Positions 24,719-36,258 of a stretch of DNA of 64,000 nt are shown piece by piece; within the stretch, counting starts at the first letter, position 1, and each line of letters begins with the position of its first letter. Below the pieces are notes generated by a model. It was not told the origin of the DNA and did no database searches. It worked only from the letters and a program-made list of their open reading frames with translations. The translations under genes and the position numbers were made by a program. Source of the stretch: Phoronis australis (taxonomy: Eukaryota > Animalia > Phoronida); contig NMRA01000086.1 of assembly GCA_002633005.1 (NCBI GenBank), forward strand, positions 475,559 through 539,558, given 5' to 3'.

Positions 24719-24958
24719 CAAAGTGCAAGTCGAGGAAGCAGAGGGAACGTGCTGGAATCATTTTGCTTGAAGGTTGGCGACTCATTGCTGATGCATTGAA
24801 TGCAGGTGGTCAGATGAAAACGCTCTACTTCCACAGTTTTGAAGCGCTTGAGATGATAACAAATGCTGTGTGTCTATCAGAGGATGTCGAGGTGTACAAG
24901 ATTCACCCTTCCCACCTTAAGTTGTTGTCTCACCTGCAAACACCTCCTGGAGTCATAG
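24708..24958 (+). CDS. MRM3: MRM3 exon 2
   Basis: TTTCAG acceptor; RILTKCKSRKQRERAGIILLEGWRLIADALNAG...QTPPGVI (SpoU substrate-binding region); GT donor at 24959; phase 2 to 1. Confidence 0.9.
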
Positions 24959-25189
24959 GTAGCTTTTGTATACTGTCCATCTTGATATTCTGTCTAACTG
25001 ACTTGGAGCGTGTTTCTTGAAGAATCTATTGTCTTTTGACTTGTGGATAAAAATCAGTGTACGGATGGCTTAGCCTGTCAAACGGAAATCTGTTTCAAAG
25101 TAAATTTAAAAGTGTTGATATCTATTCCCCTTGCATGCCTTTAACAATTACTCACAGAAAGATGCAAAGGGTTGTAGACTTGTTTTTTG

Positions 25190-25750
25190 TATCTTTAACG
25201 ATAAGAAACCTTGTAAGTCAAAGTGTAAATGGGAAATAGAGTTGGGAGATAGCTTAGATTGGAAGAAAATATACATATTACCTTAGGAAATTAATACAAA
25301 AGGATCCCAACATTAGGTGACTCCAATTTAGAACATTACACAGGATTGTTGTGACCAATACTTGGTTAGTCAAAATCCGTGTTCGGGATTCTAATTTATG
25401 TTCTTTTTGTAATAAAGCTCTATAGACGCTTTCACACCTTTTCTGGGAAATTGCCCCGAGGAAGATTTTTGAGAGGAATTCAGAATTGTCACATTCAGCT
25501 TCCCAACTGTTTTTCTAACAAGGTGTTATTCTTGGACTTTATGAGACACAAGATTTTCTATTAAACATTTTCCTATTACTGTCCAAACAGTACATAAATT
25601 TTAGATATAACCAAAATATGCCTAATATTCACAAGTTTGTTACACCTACCCATAAGTACCACAATGCTGAAAAGTTTATTGAGCATAAAAATTTTGTGTA
25701 TGTAAGCTTTTCTGGGAAATGGGAAAATTTTCTTGTTCACGTTAACTCCA
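25190..25750 (+). mobile_element. L1/Tx1-like LINE 3' fragment (zf-RVT region), decayed
   Basis: Hand translation gives KWEIELGDSLDWKKIYILP*...LQFRTLHRIVVTNTWLVKIRVRDSNLCSFCNKAL*TLSHLFWE, the typical C-terminal CCHC region of L1/Tx1 ORF2, with stops. Confidence 0.75.
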
Positions 25751-26334
25751 CGTAGCAGTTATTTACTTTATACAAGAATGATCTTTCCTGAGGTGTGCAT
25801 GCGTGTATAAATGGACATTTTTTGTTTGTTTTTATACTTGTTTATCAATAATAATGCAAAAATATTTGGTCACTAATTAGTTTATGTCTTGGTCTCTGTC
25901 CTGGTCGTTGATCACTAGTTGTACAACCCACCAGAGGTCACAGTCATTGGCAGTCAGTCGTTTCTGGAACTACACTCAGATGGAATTTATATTTCAACTT
26001 GAACATGTCTTGAACTGAACAAATTTAGTGAAACTTATTGCTGCGAGATTGCTATGACTACAACTCATGTGCCTGTTATCATAGAACATGTATATATTTC
26101 AGTGACATTTGATTTCATTTTAGGAAGAAATTCATATTCCAAAATATGTTAACTTTTTATGATTCTAGTTTTCGAGGTCTTTATTATGTCAGAGGTGGAG
26201 CTTAGGGGCGGTATTTTTGCATGTCAAGTTGTCTAGGATTTGTTCCATCTCAGTTTGAAGTTGTAGATTTTTGAACCTCTGAAACATGCAGTGTCACTTT
26301 GACGTTGTTTATTAACCAGATCTTTGGTCTTCAG

Positions 26335-26481
26335 GTGTTTTCAAGCAGCCAAGTCCTGCAAAGCGGTGTGATGCTCTTCCTGTAACTGTAGTGTGTGACA
26401 ATATTCGTGACCCTGGCAATATGGGCACCCTGTTGAGATGTGCTGCTGCTGCAGGCTGTGATCGGGTGCTTACTACTAAAG
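26335..26481 (+). CDS. MRM3: MRM3 exon 3 (SpoU motif I)
   Basis: TTCAG acceptor; GVFKQP...VVCDNIRDPGNMGTLLRCAAAAGCDRVLTTKG; GTGACG donor; phase 1 to 1. Not in the ORF track. Confidence 0.92.
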
Positions 26482-27541
26482 GTGACGATTCTGTTGTAGA
26501 ATACTGAAAACGAGAAGCATTCTTTTAGTAACGGTGCGGTATTAGAGGATCATTGGTCTCCTGGAGGACTAGAGGTCTTCTGGGAGACCACTAATCCTTC
26601 AATTGTAAGTGCCACCTAGTGACTTCCTGGAGAACTGTGTGTACAAGTATAATAAGGAAAAGAAACAATTTACATTGCGGTTTTAAAGAAAACACTGTAA
26701 CTTATGCACTTAAAAACAAGTGGGAACATACATAAACCGTAGTAATTCCACATATTATGCAGTCGTTATTTGATAGTGAAATAAACAAATAAACACTGTG
26801 CCTTGTTTCATTAAGGTAATGACAATGCTGTGGGGGTTTTACAGGGATTCCTGTATTGTCCTAAGAAATGTGGATGAGAAGTGTGTGCAAATACCTAGAA
26901 TTTGCACTATCAGAGATGCAAAATGGAATGACGTTGAATATTGTCCAAGGTGACGGCAAAATGATTTTACTTAACGAATGCTTTCATTGTGGTCACCGTG
27001 AGGAGTGTCGGCCGAGTAGCCAGACCTCAGTTGTCGGTGGCCGACATCGGTTGTTCGTCTACCATGATGAGACCATACTCATTTACATAGTAAAAATAGT
27101 CTCGTGTAAGATGCAACTTTCATGAGATTGTGATGGTAACTGGCTCTCCGATGGTTTCCGGCTCACTGGAGGACTAGGGGGTTGTTTGCAAATTAGTACG
27201 TCATTTGCATATTCACCTTTGATGAGACTATACATCTTGAAGAATCTTGTCATGTTGGAAATAAAATTTTTTGCTGTACAAGAGAAATGATTGAAATTTT
27301 TGTTGCAAATGCAAACAATGTTTGACTATAATTGTTTTTGTGAAATAACTCAACGGAAGAGTAAGACTTAAAAATATTGTGCATGATTCGTACCATGTTT
27401 TAATGTTTGTTGTCCGGGAGAACCCTGACAACTGTTGTCTTGAGAGTCAAGGTTACAACTGTCGTAAATATGTAGGTTGACAAAGATTTGATTATGAATG
27501 AAATTGCCTTATTGATTTTGTGTTGAGTAAAGTGCACTAAA

Positions 27542-28029
27542 AGGCATTTCATACTAACATCGACGCGTTGATGTTTTGGGGAGTTGCGGTCAGTATAAAC
27601 GCTTAACTTCGGTTTGGGATCGAAATTAACAGCGCCAGTTAACTTCGCACTAAACAAGTGGATTTAAGAGTGGAGCATTGATGCTGCGGTGCAGTATGAA
27701 CGGTCAATTTCGGTCGTATCAAAGTTATCGCCAGGTGCCACTGTTACCGTCAACAATTACAGGGTAGTGCCGTCGCTAATAGTTGCTTAAATTTTGTTCT
27801 AATAATCATCCATCGAATTAAAAATAAGTTTTATGTCAATTAGCTAGTGTAAATGTTCCCAAATTGTCACATTAAAAAAATCTTTGCATGGAGCGCTACT
27901 TTGATTACTTCGATGACAACAGTGTCACCTACCGTTTACTTTGTGAAGTCCGTCAACTACCGAAGCCAGTATGAACAGTTTAGTTAACTTTGCTGTTTAT
28001 GTCAATGCTCCGCTCAGTATGAAAGGCCT
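27542..28029. mobile_element. Harbinger-like MITE in MRM3 intron 3
   Basis: Imperfect TIRs AGGCATTTCATACT and AGTATGAAAGGCCT; internal AGTATGAAC and GGAGCATTGA repeats. Confidence 0.45.
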
Positions 28030-28096
28030 AAAGACAGTTAATCTGAATTTTTGTTTATGTTAATTTAGAATATCTGTGCTATATGTGTCTCATTAG

Positions 28097-28560
28097 GATG
28101 CACTGATGTGTGGGACTCTAAGGTTCTCCGTGGAGGCTCGGGAGCTCATTTCCGCATACCTGTCATAGATTGTGTGGGATGGGAGTCAGTTGGTAACTAT
28201 TTACCTGAGGGCTGTTGTGTTTACCTGGCCGACACACCTGGTGGTGAGAACTCTGCAGACTTAACAAGACAAGAACAGAGTGTTAATTCTTCGAAATCAG
28301 TCGCACCTGCTTCTTGGACTCTTAGCATTCATCAGCCAGTTGATTACACCCTGGTGAGTTATACAGACACTAAAGCTGTTGCAGTTGTGATTGGAGGAGA
28401 AACAGCAGGTGTCAGCGATTCAGCAAGAAAGCTTGCTGGAATTCACGGAGGACAAAGTGTGTTTATACCCATGATGGGTGGTGTGAATAGTTTGAACTCT
28501 GCATTGGCAGCAGGAATTATTCTGTTTGAGGTCAAGCGACAGATGAACTGTAGCGGGTGA
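28097..28560 (+). CDS. MRM3: MRM3 exon 4 (SPOUT motifs II/III and stop)
   Basis: CATTAG acceptor; GCTDVWDSKVLRGGSGAHFRIP...VVIGGETAGVS...IPMMGGVNSLNSALAAGIILFE; TGA at 28558-28560. The four exons sum to 1167 nt, i.e. 388 aa plus stop. Confidence 0.93.
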
Positions 28561-28610
28561 CTGCACTCCAGTTCTATGCTGGGCTAGGTAAGATACTTGT
28601 ACATGACTTG

Positions 28611-29961
28611 TTTTCCGCCCACATATTTACATGTGATCGCATATTGCCGTCATCTCTGCTGGGCATCCGGCGTCCGCAGCTGTATCTCCTAAACCCCTCA
28701 CAAAATGTTGATGAGATTTGGCAGACATGTTCCTATGAAGCTGACAACAAGTTTCAGACCTCTCCGACTACAGGTGTACCCCCAAGTGACAATTTTATTT
28801 TTTTACGCTTACCTCTGTATCTTCAAAAGTCCTCAACGGATTTTCATAAAATTTGACAGTTATTCATATATTAGCAAGATGACACTATTCTCCCATTTTC
28901 AGATGGATTCAAGGTGTTTTGCGCCACCTAGTGGCCATATTTACTGTTTTCGAGTCTGTTTTTTGGCGTCTGCACTTCTATCAACCAAACCGCTCTAGGG
29001 ATGATTTTGAAAATTGGAATATATGTTCTTGCTTTGAAGAGGGCGGCTGACGATGATTTTCCGATGACTTTGAGTACTGTGGCGCCTCCTAGCGGCAGTT
29101 TTGGTTGTTTTTGCGCCCATGGCTGTATCTTCTTAACCTCTTACAGGATCTTGATGAGATTTGGCAGATGTGCTCTGATGAAGCTGACGACAGATCGCGA
29201 CGAATTTCGGACCTCTCTGACTACCGGTGTGCCCCCTAGTGTCAATTTTAATTTCTTACGCTTACCTCTATATTTGGCGTTCCTCAATGGATTTTCATAA
29301 AATTTGGCAGTTTGGCATCTACTAGTGAGATGATGCCATCCTCTCGTTTTCGGACTGATTCAGGGTACTTTGTGCCACCTAGTGGCCATTTTTACTGTTT
29401 TCGAGTCCACCCCTCCATCAACCAAACCACTCTAAGGATGATTGTGAAAATTGGCATATATGTTCTTAGTGTAAAGAAGATGGTTAGCTCTAGTGATGAT
29501 TTTGGTATATATGTTCTTACTGTGAAGGGGGCGGCTGACGATGATTTTCCGATGAGTTTGACTACTATGGCCTCCTAGTGGCAGATTTGTTTGTTTTTGC
29601 GCCCATGGCTGTATCTCCTAAGTGCTCTACAGAATGTTTATTGAGTTTTGCTGGTGTATTTATGTATAGTTGAAAACAGAGTACGACAACTTTCTAACTG
29701 ATTGCATTATCAGTGTGCCCCTTGTGGCAATTTTTTGTTTTTTACGTTTACCTCTGTATCGTCAAAGGTTCTCAATGGATTTTCATAAGTTTTAGCAAAT
29801 AAGCATGTATTAGTGAGGTGACACTATTCTCTGGTTTTCGATTGAATTCGAGGTATTTTGCACCACCTAGTGGCCATTTTTATTATAAAATAAACACCCC
29901 TATAAGCACACCGGTTGCGGTGCATTCGTGGGCGCATTTGAATGCTCTGCGTTGCTCTTGT
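28611..29961 (+). mobile_element. DINE-1/HINE-like Helentron non-autonomous element, full length
   Basis: T-run and subTIR CGCCCAC at the 5' end with a ACATATTTACATGT stem and a GTCC-like tract; internal tandem subunits (AAATTTGGCA, GCCACCTAGTGG); 3' subTIR GTGGGCGCAT followed by a short stem-loop ending CTCTTGT in T-rich DNA. Confidence 0.75.
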
Positions 29962-30702
29962 ATGTTTTTGTGAGGTCACACCCTGTTAGAATTTCAAGAA
30001 TGTTCTTGTTTTACATTGCCTGTCACACAAGGTTGGATGGAAATTGTATGTTGAGTAACAACATGCTCTCAATAGGCACACAAGTAAAAGAAAGCATATT
30101 TGATGAAGAATGACACTGGTCTTTTCCATGTGTTCCTCTGACAGTACGAATGAACTGTGACGTATGATATCTTAGCAATATCGCTTAAGTGCGAAAGGTA
30201 AGCGAAGTCTCAGCGAAGCTTGAAACCGAAGTTCCTCTAATGGGAAAGCACTTGATGTCCAAGGTGTGACCTAAGCCTGTATAGTGGCTGCCACTTTAAA
30301 CATTATCTTAGCAACACTGCTAGATTTCAGTAACACTTGAGCCTGTGACTACCTTAAATGAGAACACGCGATTTTGGCTAGATTTTCAAAACTCTGCAAA
30401 ATCTCACTTTTTAGCAAGGTCCTGGCATTACTGAACTCTGGTATACATCACTCTTATTTCATAACCTGTGACTCATTATTCAAAGAAAATAAATGCCCAC
30501 ATCATTTTGCAGGAGTTTTAGTTATTTTTTTTAAACCTAGACAAACGTATCTTGGAAAGGAATAGTCTTCTCAAATAATCCAGAGCTTGCTTGTGACTGA
30601 TGGCAACACCCACCACATTAATTTTCATTTTACAAATCTCCAGTTATTTGCATGTGTAGTTATGCAGTTCTCAAGTGTGCCATCCACTTTACTTACCTAA
30701 AT

Positions 30703-30774
30703 TACAGAACAGTTCAATTCCTTTGATGGACAGTAAAATATGTCCAACCGACCAAAATACCGTCAAAAAAGAAA
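30703..30774 (+). repeat. exact ~72-bp dispersed duplicate, second copy at 32397-32470
   Basis: TTACAGAACAGTTCAATTCCTTTGATGGACAGTAAAATATGTCCAACCGACCAAAATACCGTCAAAAAAGAAAA is present at both sites. Confidence 0.9.
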
Positions 30775-33774
30775 ACACTTTACTTAACTTAATTGTGGAA
30801 GTAATATTGTCACAGGGTTGTTGGTCGACTCTCAGGAAGTACAGGCCTCCCAACCCCAGGGTGTCACAGACGGTCACTTGACAACTTATTCATCGTGGGA
30901 AATGCTCGTTAGAATTCGAGGTCTAATCAAGAGAGTTGATCAAAAACCAATCAAAAATTTTCCTTGCCATGGCATTGTGGGTCGATTCTTTTCTAATTTC
31001 TGGTTCACATGTAACTTAATCCTGGGTTATATTCATTTTAAGGTCAAAGATTAAAAAAATAGTTATTACTTGGGAGTTAATTCAATTTATTCATGTCGTC
31101 ATTAATGAACATATGACAATGATTACGAATGCAAATAGCCTCAGACTAAGCATATGGACAATTAAATTGTCAGTACAAGCACAAATAACTTCTAATCAAA
31201 TAGAAACATTTTACCTTGTAAAATAATGAAGTAAAGTAATAAAGATTGCAATATATAACTAAGAAGTGACCGATGAGATTTTCACCAAAACAGACTTAAC
31301 AATATTAGTGACACACCATTGATGACCCATATCTATGGACATTTGTTGCACAATCTTGCAAGGCTGAGAAATAGAGCCTACAACAGAACAGCTCAGTCCG
31401 CTTTACAAGAGTTATCTTGGTTTCTAAATTGCTCCCTTTCAATAATCCTACTTGTTCGGTTAAAGCTGAGTTTTAGCTTAACAGTCGGTAGAATCGCAGT
31501 TAAACACTCGCACAAACTTTTAGGTTTCTCCAATTTAAGAACCTCTGCTATCATCCAAGACAAGCATGGTAAGTTTTGAGCAAGAAAAATGCCCCCCAAA
31601 TCGGCACACCCTGGATTTTGAGGCTGACTCGAAGCACTTTATATCTACCTAACTTGCGACTATTCATTTGACAGACTTTTAAACATAGCCATTAAATCAG
31701 TTTAAGGCAATTGTTTAATCTTTGAAGGAATTTTAGATGATTTTTGTTTATTATTATTGCACTAAAGTTAAGAACTTTGGTTAACTTTCATCAAGCAAAA
31801 ATTGTTCGAACGGAATGGCAATGCAGTAAGACAGTTGCAGAATTCAAACAGTGTGCCTGGACTGGATGAAAACGTTACAGCACAGTCGAATCTAGTTACA
31901 ACAAACCTCTTGGGGCTTATCAAAGGCACTCATTGTAACTGAGGTTCACTATAACTTTTTAAAGAAAAAAAAACAGTCGAGTTGTGGCTTTTAATTTTTA
32001 AAAATTAAATATATCTAAATGTACATTAAAACTCGCACATACACAGATTTGTTGTGAAGTTACCCACTGGACATCAAAAGTTGGTTCGTTAAAACCATTA
32101 GTGTTTGGTTAAAAACAAAGAATTTTGCATTGGACAAAGAGGGGACTTGCGGAATGGAACATTAGCAAGTGAACATTGCAAACAGGGTTCGTTTAATGCG
32201 ATGAGATTATTTGTTTTATCACCAGTTTCATGCATCACTGCCAAAAAGTAAATTGCTTTGTGCGGGGCACGAGACTGAAAAACACTGGGTGTCTCAGCCA
32301 CTCGAACAGTTGTCAGCAGGAAATGTCCAAAAACACAACTTGTTCTGTTGCATCACACTTTCAGTTTGAGGAATTATTAATTTTACTATTCTCATTTTAC
32401 AGAACAGTTCAATTCCTTTGATGGACAGTAAAATATGTCCAACCGACCAAAATACCGTCAAAAAAGAAAAAGTGCCACACACTTACGGCCCATGCACAAA
32501 TAGCTATTTGAATTGGGCACGCGGAACATTAAGTTAAGTCTCTCATCTGCATAAATGTAGGTCTACTGACATCTGTTTGACAGATAATGATGAGATGATT
32601 TCAAATGGTAATCGTGACAACAAATGCTTAAAATAATATAAAGGAAACGAAATTTAACTCGCATCTGAATGATAATAATATGCAAAGGACTGACACTAGA
32701 CAATTTTGAAAGCTAAAATACACAATGACGATAGATGAGCAGAACTTTACAGGCACCATACAAGAAGCTGGGTCAACAGCTTAGGTACAGTAACTGACAA
32801 ACTGATTACAGTGGATGTTTCTCTATAATGTCCAGAAATATTTGCTTACTCATCCAATCACATTGTTAGATAGGTTTATCAATGTCGCACAATGATATGT
32901 GTCAAAATTCCAAATTTGCCCTCTTTCTAAGTCCAATTATTAAAATGGGCAGAAAATTTATGCAAGCTATGATAACGATGAAAGCAAAGTGTCAACCAAT
33001 TGTAACCTTACGTACAGGAATTCAGCAAAATAGATTTCACGTGTACACTGCCAGATTCCGTGCTTAATTGAAGAGTGTTAAAACATAGTGGTAATAAAAT
33101 GTATGTCATGTTTGTCAATGACGATCAAAAGCACATTGTGGTTAATCAGAAGAAACAGATGCACACGTTTCATTGCTATGTACAAACCACTTGGTCAAAG
33201 TTATAACTTTTCCAATCGACAAAATTATGTGGCCAACGTTCCAATAGAACTGCTGAATGTAAGATTTTCATCTTGAATACTGGGTAGCAACAGCAGAATT
33301 TAAGACAACAAAAATGCACAGCTTCAAAATGTGACTAAGTGCTCGCTAACAATTGCAACTTAGCAGATCTTGTCTATCTGAACTTGATGTGGGTATAAAA
33401 GTTTTTTCTAGCTGTGAACAGAGACATCCAGGAGCTGTAACTGTTAGTGCCTGAGGGACACACATGTACTATGAACCTGCTTATCACAATAACACAGAGC
33501 CACTGTCACAAAACACACTCACATTTGAACACTGGCTTAGCACCCAAAACTATACATGACAAGTCTGTCATCTGCAGCCAAACTGAAATAAAACATTAAA
33601 TCTGATATAGGATTACAGTGACTGATAAACTTGTAATGCTTGCTACAAACTGGTTAATGAATAGTAAAATATGAAACAGGTCAGCAGAGAAAATTGCCCT
33701 TGTAGGAGAATAATAATAACCAAGTAACACACTACATTGTGCTAGCATTAACACATTGGTCCACTAGAGTTAGA

Positions 33775-34187
33775 CAGCTTCACATGTGAACATTCAACAC
33801 TATTCACTCTCTACTGTACAGCACCATATAAAACAGCTCCACATGTGAACATTCAACAATGTTCATTCTCTACTGTACAGCGCTATATAAAACAGCTCCA
33901 CATGTGAACATTCAACAATGTTCATTCTCTACTGTACAGCGCTATATAAAACAGCTCCACATGTGAACATTCAACAATGTTCATTCTCTACTGTACAGCG
34001 ATATATAAAACAGCTCCACCTGTGAACATTCAACAATGTTCACTCTCTACTGTACAGCGCTATATAAAACAGCTCCACATGTGAACATTCAACAATGTTC
34101 ATTCTCTACTGTACAGCGCTATATAAAACAGCTCCACATGTGAACATTCAACAATGTTCACTCTCCACTTTACAGTGCCATATAAAA
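33775..34187. repeat. 59-bp minisatellite, 7 copies, in the presumed NFAT5 3' UTR
   Basis: Unit ACAGCTCCACATGTGAACATTCAACAATGTTCATTCTCTACTGTACAGCGCTATATAAA, containing the internal inverted repeat TGAACATT-CAAC-AATGTTCA. Confidence 0.95.
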
Positions 34188-34587
34188 TCAACAATTTCAT
34201 TAAGTCACAATAAATTCTTTGTATTAAATATAAGCACACAAATAATTTAATCCAAACGATGTAGAAATGCCTTGGTCTCCATTGTTTGGAGCTCTGTCAC
34301 ATTGACAAGACTCTTTGACATGTCAGTTGATTTAACTGCCAGGTGCTTGGGGCGTGGTGTTCACATAAGAAGATTGCAAGATAGCATTCACTGAAATGGA
34401 CAACATAACAGTAAAATTATACATAACTTTTCAATAAAATGTATTCTTTTTTAAGTTGCTTTAGCTTAAAATCAAAAGTTAGCAAGACAAAGAAATGAAA
34501 ATTTCATCTAAAATGGTTTCAACAACATCACTCTCAGTACAATTTTGTTTGTACCCTTCAAAAATGTTTAAGTAATTATGTGAAGTT

Positions 34588-34634
34588 TCACAATGACAGG
34601 ATCCCTGTTTTTTCAGGAAGTATACTTTCACTAG
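34588..34634 (-). CDS. NFAT5: NFAT5 putative terminal coding exon
   Basis: TATTTCTAG acceptor; a phase-1 join gives ASESILPEKTGILSL*. It is followed by a long AT-rich UTR-like region with a minus-strand AATAAA near 31086-31091. No conserved motif confirms it. Confidence 0.45.
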
Positions 34635-34699
34635 CTAGAAATACCATTTTTTCGGGAAATAAACTTCTCCATTGTTTTGTATGTTGCGTGGACAGTAAC

Positions 34700-35086
34700 G
34701 CTGCGTTCTTCACACGAACTGGCCAAGTACGGCGGAGCGTGTCATCTTTCGGAAAACGGCGTAATGGCATGCCCAAAGTGTGCGAGACAATAATGAGAAC
34801 ACCCGGGTACGTAGCAACCGTGCGGCATGTTGACTGACTCGTAAACAAACGCAAACGAACTTATCACAACCAAGGTAAAACAATGTCTGACTTGACAGGT
34901 CACACAGTTAGACTATATGAAAACGTAATGGCGGGAAATTCTTTACCCCCTAAATGTCACTTCTGGAGTAAGGCACTGCTAATTAATGAAACTACAGAAA
35001 GCCGTTATTAACTGAAACAAAAGTCTCGGATAATCAACAAACCGTATTTTTACTGAAAATGACATTAAAAAAGGTTGCCTTCTCCT
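34700..35086 (-). mobile_element. Kolobok-type end with N-terminal THAP remnant
   Basis: 34927-35086 resembles 13594-13753 and ends CCT|TTAA. The minus strand reads MPHGCYVPGCS then, after a frameshift, GMPLRRFPKDDTLRRTW (THAP N-terminal half). Confidence 0.75.
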
Positions 35087-36258
35087 TTAATTTTTTTGCA
35101 ATGTTGAATACCTGGGTGAATCTTTTATCTTCAGTTCTAATTTTAAAATTGACATCTTGCCTGTTTATAGAAATTTGTTCACTATTTATCCAAGTTCAAA
35201 GATAAAGACCTGTCACTCAAAATCGAATCTCCCACCACCAGGCATAAAGCAGTTTTGTATGTACCCACAGTCCTCTTATTCACCGAGTTGCCAAGATATT
35301 GAGTTAATGAGGTGTACATTGCGTGGAAAGATAACGCGAGAAACAATGACAAAACATAGTTTCGATCTTGAGTAAATTGTACGTCTGCGTGCATACAACC
35401 ATTAAGAATGAATTCACCAAGTCTAAGTCGCCGCTGATGTCTGGCACTTGGTGTTCACAAACGCAGCAAGTCGTGAAAAAAAAAGATGAATGCTAACCCA
35501 AATTCATTAATTTCATTGGTAATTTGACGTTGCACGGTTTCAATCTCATGCTCATCGCACCCTTTAACCACTCTATTTCTACTGTCCATTTTGTAGATGG
35601 CTTATTTATCAGCCTCTCCGCTGTCTTGTTCATATGGTGTGTGTCACGCCTTTGACTCGAAACGCCGATTCAAAACGTTTTAGTGAAAATTAAGTTAATT
35701 ACGCACTGAAAAATCAGTTGACATTGCACGTGAATGTTGAAATAACAAATATGGTTATGGCATGTATAGATTATGTTGACCAAAGACAAATTTTCACCGA
35801 ATAATTAGGCAAAAACTGTCAAAGACATTTTGAAGACTATGCACAATTTCCGCTTTTTCTCGGCTTTGGCAAATCGACTAAGTTGAAGTTAGGAATACAA
35901 GTTCTCGAAAATGGCTCGGTGGATTTCACTGAAACTTTCCAATTTTAATATTTTATTGTGAGTGTCAACAACTAAGGATTTAAGTCTTAGTTTTATTGTA
36001 CTGCGCCCAAGACGAATACAACCGTTGTTTTTTACAAAAATGCCTCACATTTTGTGAGTTAATTTAGCATGGAAACAAAACTAAATGCGAAGTAGAAATT
36101 CAGTTTTTGAGAGATATCGGTCCCGCATTTGAGAACAAGTTTCCTCCAACAAATAACAGGCATCAAAGTTATTCTAAAAATCAGGAGTCCGTTGTAAGTG
36201 AGACTGTTGCCAAAACCTTCAACACCAAAAATCATTAAGAGCAAAGAGAAGCACTTAC

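Noticed and set aside
33775-34187. CRISPR-like array (regular repeats with a hairpin)
   Set aside because: The units are contiguous and near-identical with no unique spacers, there are no cas genes, and the context is eukaryotic; this is a minisatellite.
36059-36258. Hydrophobic C-terminal tail of the 399-aa ORF as a membrane anchor
   Set aside because: It lies beyond a perfect G|GTAAGT donor at 36258 in MITE-like intronic DNA, so it is read-through of the ORF caller.
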